From Octopus sinensis (lineage: Eukaryota): a DNA stretch of 64,000 bases. Both the position numbers and the translations under genes were made by a program. Where the stretch lies: assembly GCF_006345805.1 (NCBI RefSeq), contig NC_043002.1:90458001-90522000 (forward strand), read 5' to 3'. Shown here one piece after another: positions 25,060 through 38,167 of this stretch. Position 1 is the first letter of the stretch; each line of letters begins with the position of its first letter. The notes under the pieces were generated by a model, which was given only the letters and a program-made list of their open reading frames with translations, did no database searches and was not told the DNA's origin.

Positions 25060-25400
25060 ATTGGAGATGGTGTCAAGTTATCTTTTGCTCAAATACGTGA
25101 GATAAAGTTGTGACATACACAGATTGGTTTTGTTTCAATAGACTACTCTGACTTGGATGACTCTCATCTGTTGTTCATGTATGGTTTCACTTTACTAATG
25201 AGGATTGCCTCCATGATCCTCAAATTACCTATGTTAAGCTCAGTTGTTTTGATGGTAAGTATAAATCCTGAGTGTAACATTTCTGCAGATGCTTTTTGAC
25301 TGATGTGTTTATCTGCACATGTTGTTCCTTGATGTGGATATATAGCTTTTGGATGGTGCTTCTAATGTAGGAAACACCGTATTTACTACAACCTATTTGG
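25060..25400 (-). mobile_element. Penelope-like GIY-YIG endonuclease fragment
   Basis: VSYIRSTIQKLYIHIKEQH resembles YIGxTxRxLxxRIxEH. Confidence 0.55.
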
Positions 25401-25409
25401 TATGATGTG

Positions 25410-25745
25410 AAGACACATGGCTCAGTGGTTAGAGCATTGGGCTCATGATCATGAGATAGGGAGTTTGATTCCCAGACTAGGCTGTGTGTTGTGTTCTTGA
25501 GCAAGACACTTTATTTCATGCTACCCCAGTTCAGTCATCTGTAGAAATGAGTTGTGACATCAGTGGTGCCAAGCTGTATTGGCCTTTGCTTTTCCCATGG
25601 ATAACATTGATGGCATGGAGGTGGAGGCTGATATGCATGGGCAACTGCTGGTCTTCCATAAACAATGTTGCCCAGACTTGTGCCTCAGAGGGGAATTTTC
25701 TAGGTGCAATCTCCCGGTCATGAATGGCTGAAGGGGATCTTTACC
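25410..25745 (+). mobile_element. SINE-D-related copy
   Basis: ggctcagtggttagagc...gtttgattcccagac...ttgtgttcttgagcaagacactt. Confidence 0.75.
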
Positions 25746-25939
25746 CTTTACCATTTATTTGGTATGTTATGTAGATTCTCAAGCACATGTCTATATTGTT
25801 AATGGAGTCACTATGTAAACTTAGTTGCTGTTTATAGGTTAATTTTGAGGAACAGAAATATTCACAAGGAGTAACCAAATTGCATCATCTATATGTTCAA
25901 TTCCTGTCTAAGGCTCACTCACATCAGTGGTTCTATCAT

Positions 25940-26670
25940 TGAAATATGGCTGTCTCAGGAAGTGTATTTTATCTCTTGGAAGTGTGGACCTTTCTGTGTT
26001 GCAGTCAGGCATTTAACAAAAGATTGTGAGTTGGCGTTATTTTGCAAAATTCTTTGGTTTTGCTGCCTTGCAGCACATGTTGCATACCAAGAAAATTTAT
26101 TTTATATGTGGGTAGTTTTTTCTCTGTGGTACTGTTTGGTGTACTACTGACCATCATTGTATGTAACATGCTTCCATTATCATGGTACAGTATACAAACA
26201 GCTCACAGGTCTACCAATGGGATCAAACCTGTCAATCAGGTTGGTAGACTATCACATACATGTGCCAGCCAGAGTGCATAGCACTTAGCACCTGCTACTT
26301 ACTCTTGTGCCTTCTTCTCCAGGTACGTGGATAACAACCTGATACTGAAATCCACTTGGGATGAGGTTGTCAACATATATCATAAATTGATGACTACATT
26401 AAATTCAAAATCTAACATCCTAATAAAACCAGGTTTCTAGGTGGGATCAATTTACACCAAATTCTACAGGAATGTATACAATGATTTGGCCTTTCCATTC
26501 CAGAGAATTTCCCAGATATGCAACATATACAACAAGGCAGCAATTAAAGCCACCAACACCAGCTGCCAGTCAAAAGCTTGCAAGAGTTGCCTGAGGCAGA
26601 TTAGTTATTACAACAATAACATTCTGTGGATATCACAATCCTCTAACAGATACATAAGCAAAAAATAACA
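25940..26670 (+). mobile_element. Penelope-like reverse transcriptase fragment (frameshifted)
   Basis: LPMGS at 26211 and RYVDN (YVDD-like) at 26321, offset by one frameshift. Confidence 0.7.
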
Positions 26671-27030
26671 GTTTGACACCATCTTCTATTTACTTGTGGG
26701 CAATGGGTATTAATGCTGAAGTATACAATGTTTTGTCATCATTTTCATTTTTACTCTTGTATTTCATTTTGCATTGTATTGGTTTTGAACGGTTTTTGTT
26801 TCATACACACATACATGTAGTGGTTGGGTACTCACATGCACACATACCTATACAAACACACTTGCCCACACACAATTTTACATGTATGTTGTAGACTGAA
26901 TTCATTAGCATTTGATTTTTTGAACAGGATTCTAATATAGATATGAATAATTTAGTACAGATGGTTGCAGGTGAGCTGATATTAAAAGGGTTAAGAAACT
27001 GGCCTTGAACTGTGTGTGTGTGTATATATA

Positions 27031-27069
<39 letters not shown>

Positions 27070-27486
27070 ATAACAGCATCATAATTTCTAGATAAACCTT
27101 TGCCAAATGTGATGCACAGATCCTAATGCATCTCAGAAAAATCTGTGAGCAAAAAAAATTCCTGGGTTTTAGGTCCCTTTGGAGTGAAAATGGAAGAACT
27201 CAAGAAAGAAGATATAGAAAAACTGAAAGTTGTAATATCACAATGGGTATCAAAGACAATTGAGTAGGAATGTTAGCTGAAGGTACAAAAAATTCTGAAT
27301 ATTTTGTCAGTTTCTGACATAAAACTCTTTATTTTTGTTTTTCCTTCAATCTCCTTTCAGTTCCCCATCCCACTCGCTTTCTCTCTCACACATACATAAT
27401 CTTTCTTACTCTTCTCACTCAAGCAATAAAGCGAATGTATATCAACTCTAATAACTTCCCCTGTGTATTTTTATATTTTGCTGCAG

Positions 27487-27511
27487 GAGTTCAGCAAACC
27501 ACAACTAAAGA
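27487..27511 (+). CDS. Candidate 25-nt exon (VQQTTTK)
   Basis: ttttatattttgctgcag acceptor, GA|gtgaga donor; phase-compatible with 24353-24384. Confidence 0.35.
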
Positions 27512-27967
27512 GTGAGAGACAACAAAATTAAAATATGTTTATCTATTTTCTCTCTGATATTACTCACACACACACACAAGTTTGCATAGCTGTGTTTACG
27601 TATGTGTATGTGTACCTGTATAAAAGAAATAAATATAAGTGTATTCCCCATCTTGTGAGAGCCTTTATTCATACAAGGATGGTTAAGATATGATGTAACA
27701 ACTAGTAAAGGCTACATATGACATATGGCTGATGCTAAATAGATAAATTTCTGATGATGGACAATTTTCACAGCACTTAAACCTCAACTAACAGCTTTCA
27801 CCATCTCAGAAAATCAAAATAAAGTGAATACATTCAAAATAATTTCTATCTCTATCACAAAAACTATATATAACTCTATTTCATTGTTTTCCTCTTTCCT
27901 GAAATAAATACAATTATTTGAATATACTGCTTGAATATTATATAATTAATGACTATTGTTCTATTGT

Positions 27968-28012
27968 TCTATACTGATGATGTGCAGGTTACAGAAACAG
28001 GCTGTCTATAGA
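27968..28012 (+). ncRNA. Apparently intact minimal type-I hammerhead ribozyme
   Basis: TCTATA CTGATGA TGTG CAGGT TACA GAAA CAG G CTG TC TATAGA: 6-bp stem I, perfect core, GUC triplet; predicted cut after C28006. Confidence 0.72.
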
Positions 28013-28341
28013 TATAGGGCAAATATAGCATATTAAGTATTAAATATATAAATGATACCTGTAATGTATATAATGCTTTAAGTCCCATGCTTATGATTAT
28101 TTGAAGTGAAAAAGACACCAAATAATTTTTACATGCTTTCTTCCCTTACATGAAAATTGATGAAGTAATAATTAAACAACTTATATATAGTTTATATAGT
28201 TAGATAATAAAAAGCTATAAATTTTCACTTGGTAAAAAATAATCCCACATTGTAAACTGATATTTACCTCATTTGAGAGGAAGATATTGAATTTTATTTA
28301 TCAGTCATACAAATCATAGTATCATCATAATTATCATTATA

Positions 28342-28505
28342 GGTGCATGTATGGCTGTATGGTAAGAGGCTTGCTTCCCAACCACATGGTTCTGGGTTCA
28401 GTCCCACTGTGTGGCACTTTGGGAAAGTGTCTTCTACTATAGCCTCAGGCCAACCAGTCTTGTGAGTGGATTTTGTAGACAGAAACTGAAAGAAGCCCAT
28501 CATAT

Positions 28506-28538
<33 letters not shown>

Positions 28539-29750
28539 GTTTAGCATCCGCTTTCCATGCTAGCATGGGTTGGACGGTTCAACTGGGGTCTGGGAAGCCA
28601 GAAGGCTGCACCAGGCCCAGTCTGATCTGGCAATGTTTCTACGGCTGGATGCCCTTCCTAACGCCAACCACTCCATGAGTGTAGTGGTGCTTTTTACGTG
28701 CCACCGGCACAGGTGCCAGACGAGTCTGGCAAACGGCCACAATTGGATGGTGCTTTTTATGTGCCACTGGCACGGGAGCCAGGCGAGGCTGGCAACGGCC
28801 ACGAATGGACGGTGCTTTTTACATGCCATCGGCACGAGGCCAGTCGGGGTGGCGCTGGCAACGGCCATGTTCGGATGGTTCTCTTACATGCCACCAGCAC
28901 TGGTATCTCAGCTTCAATTTCCATTGATCGATTTCAATTCTGATTTCGATTCTCACTTGCCTCAACAGGTCTTCACAAGTGGAGTTTTGTGTCCCAAGAA
29001 GGGAAGGTATGCATAAGTCGACTGGCTACATCCTGAGTAGAAGGCCATGGGTTATGGTCTCACTTGTCCTGCCGGGTCTTCTCACGCACAGCATACTTCC
29101 AGAGGTCTCGGTCTCTAGTCATTTCCTCAGTGAGACCTAAAGTTCGAAGGTCGTGCTTCACCACCTCGTCCCAGGTTTTCCTGGGTCTGCCTCTTCCACA
29201 GGTTCCCTCAACTGCTAGGGTGTGGCACTTTTTCACACAACTATCTTCATCCATTCTCGCCACATGGCCATACCAGCGCAAACGTCTCTCTTGCACACCA
29301 CATCTGATGCTTCTTAGGTCCAGCTTTTCTCTCAAGGTACTTACACTCTGTCGAGTATGAACACTGACATTACACATCCATCGGAGCATACTGGCTTCAT
29401 TTCTTGCGAGCTTATGCAAATCCTCAGCAGTCACGGCCCATGTTTCACTGCCATGTAGCATGGCTGTTCGTACACACGTGTCATACAGTCTGCCTTATAT
29501 ATGTATATAAATTCATATGTATGCATGTGTGTGTTTTTTGTGTCTGTGTTTGTCTCCCATCACCACTTGACAACTGGTGATAGTGTGTTTATGCCCCCAT
29601 AACTTAGTGGTTCAGCAAAAGTGACTGATAGAATTAGTACGAGGCTTAAAAAATAAGTCCTGGGCTCAATTTGTTTGACTAAAACCCCCCAAGGCAGTGC
29701 TCCTCATGGCCACAGTCAAATGACTGAAACAAGTAAAAGAATAAAAGAAT
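28342..29750 (+). mobile_element. SINE-A split by an RTE insertion
   Basis: 5' half at 28342-28500; 3' half at about 29495-29750. Confidence 0.8.
28505..29490 (-). mobile_element. 5'-truncated RTE LINE (ORF2 C-terminus, 3'UTR, (GAT)n tail)
   Basis: ORF 29060-29461: MLHGSETWAVT...RRLRWYGHVARM...GRGRPRKTWDEVVKHDL...KTRQDK*. Confidence 0.93.
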
Positions 29751-30600
29751 AAATACTGTTTCCTGCCAAAATCAATAAATATCACCTTGTTTCTTAGAGT
29801 GGAGTAATCCTGAAAAATCCTCAGCTTAGTGCTTATTTCCAGGGTTAAACTTAGTGATTAGTGCTTAATATTAAGGTTAGAGCTTATCTTGTGGTGTTAA
29901 TAGTAGTTGTTGTAAGGCAGCAAGATGGCAGAATTGTTAGTGTGCTGGGCAAAATGCTTGGCAGCATATCGTTCATTTTTTTGGTTCTGCGTTCAAGTTC
30001 TGCCAAGGTTGACTTTGCCTTTTCAGCTTTTCAGAGTTGGTAATAAGTACCAGTTGAGTACTGGGGTCAATATAATTGACTAATCTCCCTTCCCTGGAAT
30101 AGCTGGCCATGTGCCAAACTTTGATAGTTTTAAATTAATCCCAGGCTAGTCCTGGTCCAGTAGATCCATCATCAAAGGCATTCCAGCTGAAATCATCTTA
30201 TCTTTTACCTAGTCACAGTTCATCTAGACCTGCATTATTCAATGTGTCCTTTCCTAAGATGATAGGGTACTATTTAGAGTACATTTGGTTGCTATTTTTA
30301 ACAGGTCCAGCAACTACATGAAGGTTCCTTTATTTTCTCATGTTAAGTTCAGTGAATTAGTGCCTGTAGTGTTAATTAATATTTGTGCTTATCTAGTAGC
30401 ATTAAGTAGATACAGCAGAAATTTTCCCTCAGATGAAATACTAATGAATCAAATACTTCTCTGAAGCAACCAAATTAAAGTGGTTTGTCAAAAACTAAAC
30501 AATACAGAAACTCATGATGCCATACGACAAACATTCATCATAGAAACTCACCTGTTTGCTGCTAATCTTTCTTAAAGTGTCATAACCAATTACTTACAAA

Positions 30601-30705
30601 ATCATCATCATCATCGTCGCTGTTGTCGTCGTCGTCATCATCATCATCATCATCATCCTCCTCATCATCATCATTATCGCCACCATCATCATCATCACCA
30701 CCACC

Positions 30706-30739
<34 letters not shown>

Positions 30740-30755
30740 TCTTCATCATCATCAA
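30601..30755. repeat. Compound (CAT)n/(CGT)n/(CAC)n microsatellite, tail of a minus-strand RTE-type fragment extending to about 30960
   Basis: Visible trinucleotide runs followed by tttcctttctggtataggttggatggtttgacagg. Confidence 0.85.
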
Positions 30756-31431
30756 TGCCATTTTTCCTTTCTGGTATAGGTTGGATGGTTTGACAGGAAC
30801 CAGTGAGCCAAGGGGCTATGCCAAGCTTCAATGTTTGATCTGGCATGCTTTCCACAGCTGGGTACCATTCCTAAAGCCAACCACTTTATAGAGTTTGCTG
30901 GAAGGGTTTTTTTTCATGGTACCAGGACTAGTGAAGTCAACAAGTACTCACAAGACATGACCCCTCTACTAATTCAAGTATTGTATTGAAAGTTGAGAAA
31001 ATATGATTGAGGGATGGGGACAGGTGTCATGCTGAACAGGTGAATACTTGGTTTCCTGTGCTAGAAAGGGAGGGAGAAGGAGAGAGAGATTGTAAGGGTG
31101 TATCCTTATAGTACAAGGTAAATATGGAAGAACAGGGATAGAAGACTAGAAAAAAGGTTTGTGTGTAGATAAGTGCACTAGAGTATGAAAATGGAGGCTA
31201 AGGTGGTTACAGAGAATATCAATTTTGGGATGGGAAGTGAAGGAAATAGTTGTGGGTCAGGGAGGAGAAGGAGGTGATAAGGAACAGTAATGATATCATT
31301 TACAGCACCTGAAATATAACACAAAATCATTGTAACAAAAGCTATTCAGTAAACCATCAGGTGAATTTTTAAGTCTCAGTTGAAATGTATTTGGCTCTAC
31401 TTTCAGTATTTAGTCTTAGAAAAAAGGATAG

Positions 31432-31815
31432 TGGAGGCATATGACTTAGTGTTTGGCTCATGGTTGTAAGATTGTGGTTTTGATTCCTGGACCAGGTGAC
31501 GTATTGTGTTCTTGAGCTGAGCACTTCATTTCACATTGCTCCTGTCCACTCAGTTTGCAAAAATGTGTAATCCTGTAACAGACTGGCATCCCATCCAGTT
31601 TGGAAATATATATATACACCACAGGAACCAGGAAACTGGCAGTAGAGGTGTGTGGCTTAGTGGCTTGGGTGTTTGACTCATGATCATAAGATTGTGGTTT
31701 CAATTCCTGGACCAGGCGATGTTTTGTGTTCTTGAAAGAAACACTTCATTTCACTTATGTGAACATATGCACCACAAATACTGGGAAACTGGCCTTATGA
31801 GTCTGTATGACTCCA
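31432..31815 (+). mobile_element. Two head-to-tail SINE-D copies
   Basis: Heads at about 31432 and 31643 (gtggcttagtg...aagattgtggttt). Confidence 0.8.
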
Positions 31816-32360
31816 GCAGGGTCTTTATCCCTTTTTATTCTACTTTCATTATCAAGTCTCACCATCAGTAAATATTCTCTTGTTATTCTTAAGCTTGCTT
31901 TAAAATAATAACCTTAACATAACATTTCTCATAACTTTGCCACTCAAGTCAATACTATTTCTGTTATGCTACTGACTTCAATTAGACATTATAATAAAAA
32001 ATTACTGAGATTTTATTTATTTATTTATTTCAAAGTAATGTACATAAACTTTAGAATTTATTTCTAGTTTAGTGACTCAACTATTTTGTCACTATTTGAA
32101 ATAGTTAAAACATTACAATAACATGCAGCATAAATTTTGAAGATTTAAAAAAAAAGATGTGTTGGGTTTCCAAAACGATATTACAATTTGTATGACCTCA
32201 ATTAAATGGAATTTTATCTGGAATGATGTGACTAAAACTTGATATAACATTATTATTGTTGTAGAATATTTACAATATAGACTGGGTGGATCTAGGTACT
32301 AAATATATGTTCCTATAGAATTTCTGAATAACAGCCTAATTTTAAATATTTTTGTGTATG

Positions 32361-32404
<44 letters not shown>

Positions 32405-32987
32405 GCTTATTTTTGCATTTGTTGTATTTGTTGCAAGTTTTGGATAGTTCTTCAAATTCATATAATTTTTTTTTACCTTCTCTTATGAATTAAACTAAGT
32501 GAAATATATTCTTTCATTCTTTTACTGATTCCAGTCCTTGAACTGTGGCCATGCTGGAGTACACCTTCAAGGATTTTAGTTGATTGAATTGGTCCTAATA
32601 CTTTGTCTAGTAGTTATTTTATTGATCTCTGTTTATTGAAGAAGCAAGTCCTTGTGGACATAAATAAATACAACAAAGTATTTTTATTTGCTGCATCAAT
32701 ATATTGGGACTGCCATGATGATATATACACACATATAACTATATATGTATATATGTATTTGTGTGTGATATATTCTGCATGATTTCCATTCCAATCTTCC
32801 AAATTTCAATAAGACCTTTATCAATCTAAGGCTTTTATAAAATATGCCTAAGGAACTTCACAGCAGAACTGAACCCAAAACCATATTGTTGTGAAATACA
32901 CTTCTTAACCATGCATCCATCTTTGACTTATGAAATTAAAAAATGGCTATATAACTGAATAACTAAATTGTTTTCTTCTAACTGTAG

Positions 32988-33020
32988 GCAAATGACTGAA
33001 ATTAGTATGAGACTTTCAGA
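32988..33020 (+). CDS. Candidate 33-nt exon (QMTEISMRLS)
   Basis: ttttcttctaactgtag acceptor, weaker GA|gtaatg donor; phase-compatible with 27487-27511. Confidence 0.3.
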
Positions 33021-33370
33021 GTAATGAAGTCAGAGAATGGAACTTTGTTTCTAGCGTACTATACAGTTCTTGTGGCAGTCTTTGAACTTGTAACCTTTGG
33101 TTACAATAACACACTATTCTTCATTGTGGTTTACAGATTAAATTTATAGTTTTTCTACCTTGTTACAGTTAACAATTATGTTTTTATTTCTAAAATTAGT
33201 TGTAACTAGAGAAATGAGTTTTTGTTAAGCCATTTATTTCATCTCAAATCATGCTATTTATACGATAAAAAAATAATTATAGTGAAATTGGTGGAGCAAC
33301 TGTCTAAGAAAATGATTTGCCATAGTTACTTATGGAATAGAAGCGCTAAGCAGTGATGTGTATAAATATA

Positions 33371-33699
33371 AACTTGTTATCAGTTCAAATATACTTGGAG
33401 TTTATTCAGATTCATAAGAAAGCCATTCACTGTCTATTGTCATGGAGAAAATTTCTCACTTTTGACAAATAGGTATAAACACACCAAGCATTCCCCTGCC
33501 TGGTATCTGATGCTGAAGATGAGGTAATCACTCTGAAATGCATATATCCATCAGTTGGTTAGAGGGCACTTTGAACTGACGTTATGTGTTTACACCTATT
33601 TGTCTACGGCGAGAGGTTTCTCCATGACAAAATACAGCGAATGGCTTATTTTTACAAATTCAAATATGCCTCAAGTATATTTGAATTGGTAACAAGTTT
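33371..33699. mobile_element. Fold-back element with arms of about 105 bp and a hammerhead motif in the spacer
   Basis: aacttgttatcagttcaaatatacttg / caagtatatttgaattggtaacaagtt, plus inner aagccattc..gtcatggagaaa / tttctccatgac..gaatggctt. Confidence 0.75.
33509..33548 (+). ncRNA. Minimal type-I hammerhead motif (second copy at 34102-34141)
   Basis: GATG CTGAAGA T GAG GTAATCA CTC T GAAA TGCA T A TATC; ATGCAT palindrome, AUA triplet. Confidence 0.6.
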
Positions 33700-33704
33700 G
33701 TAAA

Positions 33705-34228
33705 GAGGTAAAGAACCCCTTCAGTCATGAATGAACATGGGATTGCATCTAGAAAGTTACCCACTGAGGCACAAGTCTGGGCAAGTTTGTTTGTGAAAGA
33801 TCAGCAGTTGCCCATGCATACCGACCTCCCCACTTCATGGCACCGATGTCATCCAAAGGAAAGACAAAGGACAATACAGCTTGGTACCAGTGACATCACA
33901 ACTTATTTCTACAGATGAGTGAACTGGAGCAACATAAAATAAAGTGTCTTGCTCAAGAACACAACACAGTTATCAGTTCAAATATACTTGGAGTTTATTC
34001 ACATTCATAAGAAAGCCATTCACTGTCTATTGTCATGGAGAAAATTTCTCACTTTTAACAAATAGGTATAAACACACCAAGCGTTCCCCTGCCTGGTATC
34101 TGATGCTGAAGATGAGGTAATCACTCTGAAATGCATATATCCATCAGTCAGTTAGCCTGGGAATTGAACTCACTACCTCATGAGTGTGAACCTGACATTC
34201 TAAGCATTGAGCCATGCGCCTTCACTGA
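33705..34228 (-). mobile_element. SINE-D-type copy interrupted by a local duplication of about 185 bp (33969-34155)
   Basis: caagaacacaacaca|insert|gcctgggaattgaactc; the insert matches 33376-33563 with only a few substitutions. Confidence 0.8.
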
Positions 34229-34707
34229 AACAAGGCTATAATTACTTTTATCTCTTTATTTTACTTATATCTCTTAGTATTCTAATTCTGAGTCCTGCTA
34301 GAGTCAACTTGACTTCCATCATTCTTGGGCCGACAAAATAAAATAGCTGTCAAATAATGGTTAGTGTCTTTGTGCCTACATAAGAAATCAGTCTCGGTAT
34401 TTTTTATTTGATATATTATATATATTCATGTTAGTTGCTGATGTTTCTATTAGGATCTTCATTGGAATTTCTTTGAATATTATGCATGATTGGGCCCCAA
34501 TCCCTTTCATGGTGCTTGGGCAGAGTCACCCACTGTGTTTTCACTTGCTCTGTCTTATAGTATGTCACATACCTCCACAGTCATGCTTTCAAGTCCAAGT
34601 TCTTCTATACTCTCTGCTATATTATATTAGGTTTTGTGTACTTAGAAATGTAAAGTCCTACCCTTCAGTTCCCTCTCTCTCTCTCACTCCCCCTCTCTCT
34701 CTCTCCC

Positions 34708-34738
<31 letters not shown>

Positions 34739-35731
34739 GTCCAGTTTCTGTACAGTTTCTATCTACCAAATTCACTCACATGACATAGGTCAGCCCAGAG
34801 ATACAGTAGAAAACACTTGTTGAAGTTTCCATGTAGTGGGATGGAACCTGAAACCTTGTAGTTGCAAAGTGAGCTTCTTAACCATACAGCCATATCAAAA
34901 TTTACTTTTTATCTTTAAAAAAAATGCAATGAAGTTTAAACATTGCCATTTTATACAAAAAAAAAATACAGCAGTTTATTTTATTTAATTAAACACGTAT
35001 TTTCTGCGATCTAGTTACTTTGGTACAGTTATCTAATTAGCTTCAAATTTCAGTACCCAAACAATTTATATTTCCAAATAATTTCATATCATTGTTCTCA
35101 TTTGTCTGTATTGTCATTTACCATTAGTATTAATCAGTTTAGAGTCTGCAGATTTCCAGGAATTGTTTAGCAATTTTTTTTCTTTCTCTTTTGTATTCTT
35201 AGAAGTAGGCGTTGGTAGTTTAACTTGTAAATTTTAAATGATTTCATTACAGCTGTGTATGATTTATTTTCGTATATAACTAACAAATGATTTGCAGGTC
35301 AAATAGAAATACCAGCTTGGTGTCTGGCATGAATACAATGACCAAAAATTGCAATATGAAAGTGATTCAAAAGAACAACCCATAGCACATTCTCCATCGT
35401 GCATTGAATCTTAAGGTAGAGGGGACCATTTGAAACCTATATTGCAGTCTTCCCTGCCAATGCTTGTAAGAACAGCAAGTCGTTCTGGGAGTTGTGGGAT
35501 GGAAGTACAAATATGTGTGTTTCAGGATCCCAAAGTGAATCTACGATGGAACAACTGTTAATGATTAAAATGGAAGGTCTAATGATACTTTCTTCTGTGA
35601 AGGCCTTATGAAGAAATGCACAAGGAAGATTCTAACCATCAGTAACCTTTCAGGAATAATATGTAGAGAAGATGGGTGGGTGGGCTAACAAATGGTGTCA
35701 GTATATTCAGTGTGATAAAAATTAAATGAAA

Positions 35732-36115
35732 CTAGCAGTATCACCTGGCTTTGCTCGGGTTTGTAAGGGAAATAACTATAAAGCATTTTTAGAGAGTTAT
35801 AGCCAAAAACTAGCAAAAAAATGGGAAAAAAATGATGGTAAATTTTTTTTGAGAGTTAAAAGGTCGAGTTGCGTCCCCTAGACAGTCTGTGGTTTGTGTT
35901 TCTGATTCTCGACCCCATGTCGAATTTATCGATTTTTTCAGAACTGGGGGAACTTTTCAAAATTTTCGCTGCGTTAGTTTTGAATTATGACATTGGGCTA
36001 TGTGTGTATCAAGTTTCATCAGAATCGGTTGAAAGCCGTGGTCAGGGTGAGGGTACAACTTAACAGACACACAGACACACACACACAGACAAACTGCCAT
36101 TTATATAGAGAGAGA
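35732..36115 (-). mobile_element. Non-autonomous Helitron-type element
   Basis: 5' TC, microsatellite, 3' hairpin acccgagcaaagccaggt then CTAG; reverse complement of 38801-39182. Confidence 0.85.
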
Positions 36116-36264
36116 TATATAACAATCTTGATCAGTAAATTATGATAATATTTATTGTGTGTATATTGTGGTTTTGAGTCACAGAAATATCACATATGTT
36201 ATTCAACGTCTCATCTGTGAGATATTTACAGTACTATTCTGATAGATACATTGTTGTTTTAAAT

Positions 36265-36935
36265 ATTGGTTTCAAGTTTTGGCACAGGGTCAGAAGCTCA
36301 GGGGGAGGGGGCAAGTCACTTATGTCAACCCCAGTGCTCAGTTGGTACTTTATTTTCTCAACCCTACTCCAACCTGAAAGGATGAAAGGCAAAGTTGATC
36401 TCGGCAGAATTTAAACTCAGAATCTAAAGCAGGATGAAATGTTGCTAAGAATTTTGCCTGGCATGTTAATGATTCTGCTAGCTTGCTGCTTTTGTTGTTT
36501 TGAATATTGGTTTTACATTTTGGCACAAGGCCAGCAAGATCAGGGGTAGGTGGAGTGAAACAATTGCATCAACTGCAGTGTTCAATGGGTATTTATTTTA
36601 CTTGACCTCACCCCACAAGGATGACAGGCATGATCGACCTCAGTGGAACTTGAACTCAGAATGTAAAGATGGATGAGATGCTGCTAAGCATTTTGTCTAG
36701 CATACTAATGATTCCACCAACTTGCCACTCTAATATTGGTTTCAAATTTTGGCACAAGACCAGCAAGTTCAGGGAAGGGGTTAAGTCGATTACATTTACC
36801 CCAGTGCTTGATTGGTAATTATTTTATCGATCTCGAAAAGAATGAAAGGCAAAGTTGACCTTGGTGGAAGTTGAACTCAGAACATAATGACGGATGACAT
36901 GCCACTAAGCCTTTTGCCTGGTATGCTAACGTTTC
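36265..36935 (-). mobile_element. Three decayed tandem SINE-B copies
   Basis: Recurring aaggatgaaaggcaaagttgacct...tgaactcagaa motif. Confidence 0.8.
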
Positions 36936-36937
36936 TT

Positions 36938-37535
36938 ATTTCTTTACTGCCCACAAGGGGCTACACACAGAGGGGACAAACAAGGACAGACAAACGGATT
37001 AAGTCTGTTATATGGACCCCAGTGCATAACTGGTACTTATTTAATCGACCCCGAAAGGATGAAAGGCAAAGTTGACCTCGGCGGAATTTGAACTCAGAAC
37101 GTAGCAGCAGATGAAATACCTATTTCTTTACTACCCACAAGGGGCCAAACACAGAGGAGACAAACAAGGACAGACAAATTGATTAAGTCGATTACATCGA
37201 CCCCAATGTGTAACTGGTACTTATTTAATCGACCCCGAAAGGATGAAAGGCAAAGTTGACCTCGGCGGAATTTGAACTCAGAACGTAGCAGCAGATGAAA
37301 TACCTATTTCTTTACTAGCCACAAGGGGCCAAACACAGAGGAGACAAACAAGGACAGACAAATGGATTAAGTCGATTACATTGACTCCAATGTGTAACTG
37401 GTACTTATTTAATCGATCCCGAAAGGATGAAAGGCAAAGTTGACCTCGGCGGAATTTGAACTCAGAACGTAGCGGCAGACGAAATACCGCTAAGCATTTC
37501 GCCCGGCGTGCTGACGTTTCTGCCAGCTCGCTGCC
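36938..37535 (-). mobile_element. Young SINE-B with a triplicated 184-bp 3' module
   Basis: Units start at 36938, 37122 and 37306; single head at about 37490-37535. Confidence 0.9.
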
Positions 37536-38167
37536 TTACTCACCACCCTAATATTGATAACATGTCAATACAAGAAGTAACACACTGTAGTTATATAAAA
37601 GTTAGGATGGACATCAGATAGACATATGATTTGTATGACAGACACGTGACAGGCATATTATATTTATGATTGATATCTAACTGACGTATAGTATCTATAG
37701 TAGACATTTGATAGACATGATCTTTATAATGATGTGACAGACATATATTTATGATGGATATTACATGTATGTGGTTATAGATATAGTCTGTGGAGGTCAC
37801 TGTTATTGAACTGTATGTGGCAATCAAAGTCATTGTATATGGTGGTCACAGGTAATGTATGTTGTCAACCTTCTAACATCACTCTGCTGTCACCAGAACA
37901 TTCAGTAATACATCATCATCATCATCATCATCATCATCATAGCATCCATACACTTTTCCATGCTTGCATACTTTAAATAGGATTTATTGAGACAGATTTT
38001 CTATGGCCTGATGCTATCCTCACCTGTTGTCAATCCTTACCTGTTTCCAAGCAAGGTAATATTTCTTCATGGCTAAACATATTTGCACAGAATGTTGGAA
38101 ATGAAGGACACTGCTTGGATGACAATGAAACTCATTTACACAAACATACCTACATATATACATACAT

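Noticed and set aside
26300-26330. Strong-looking splice site ctccag|gtacgt
   Set aside because: It is the RYVDN codon block of a Penelope RT remnant.
30580-30855. Acidic poly-D/G ORF
   Set aside because: It is a trinucleotide microsatellite forming an RTE tail.
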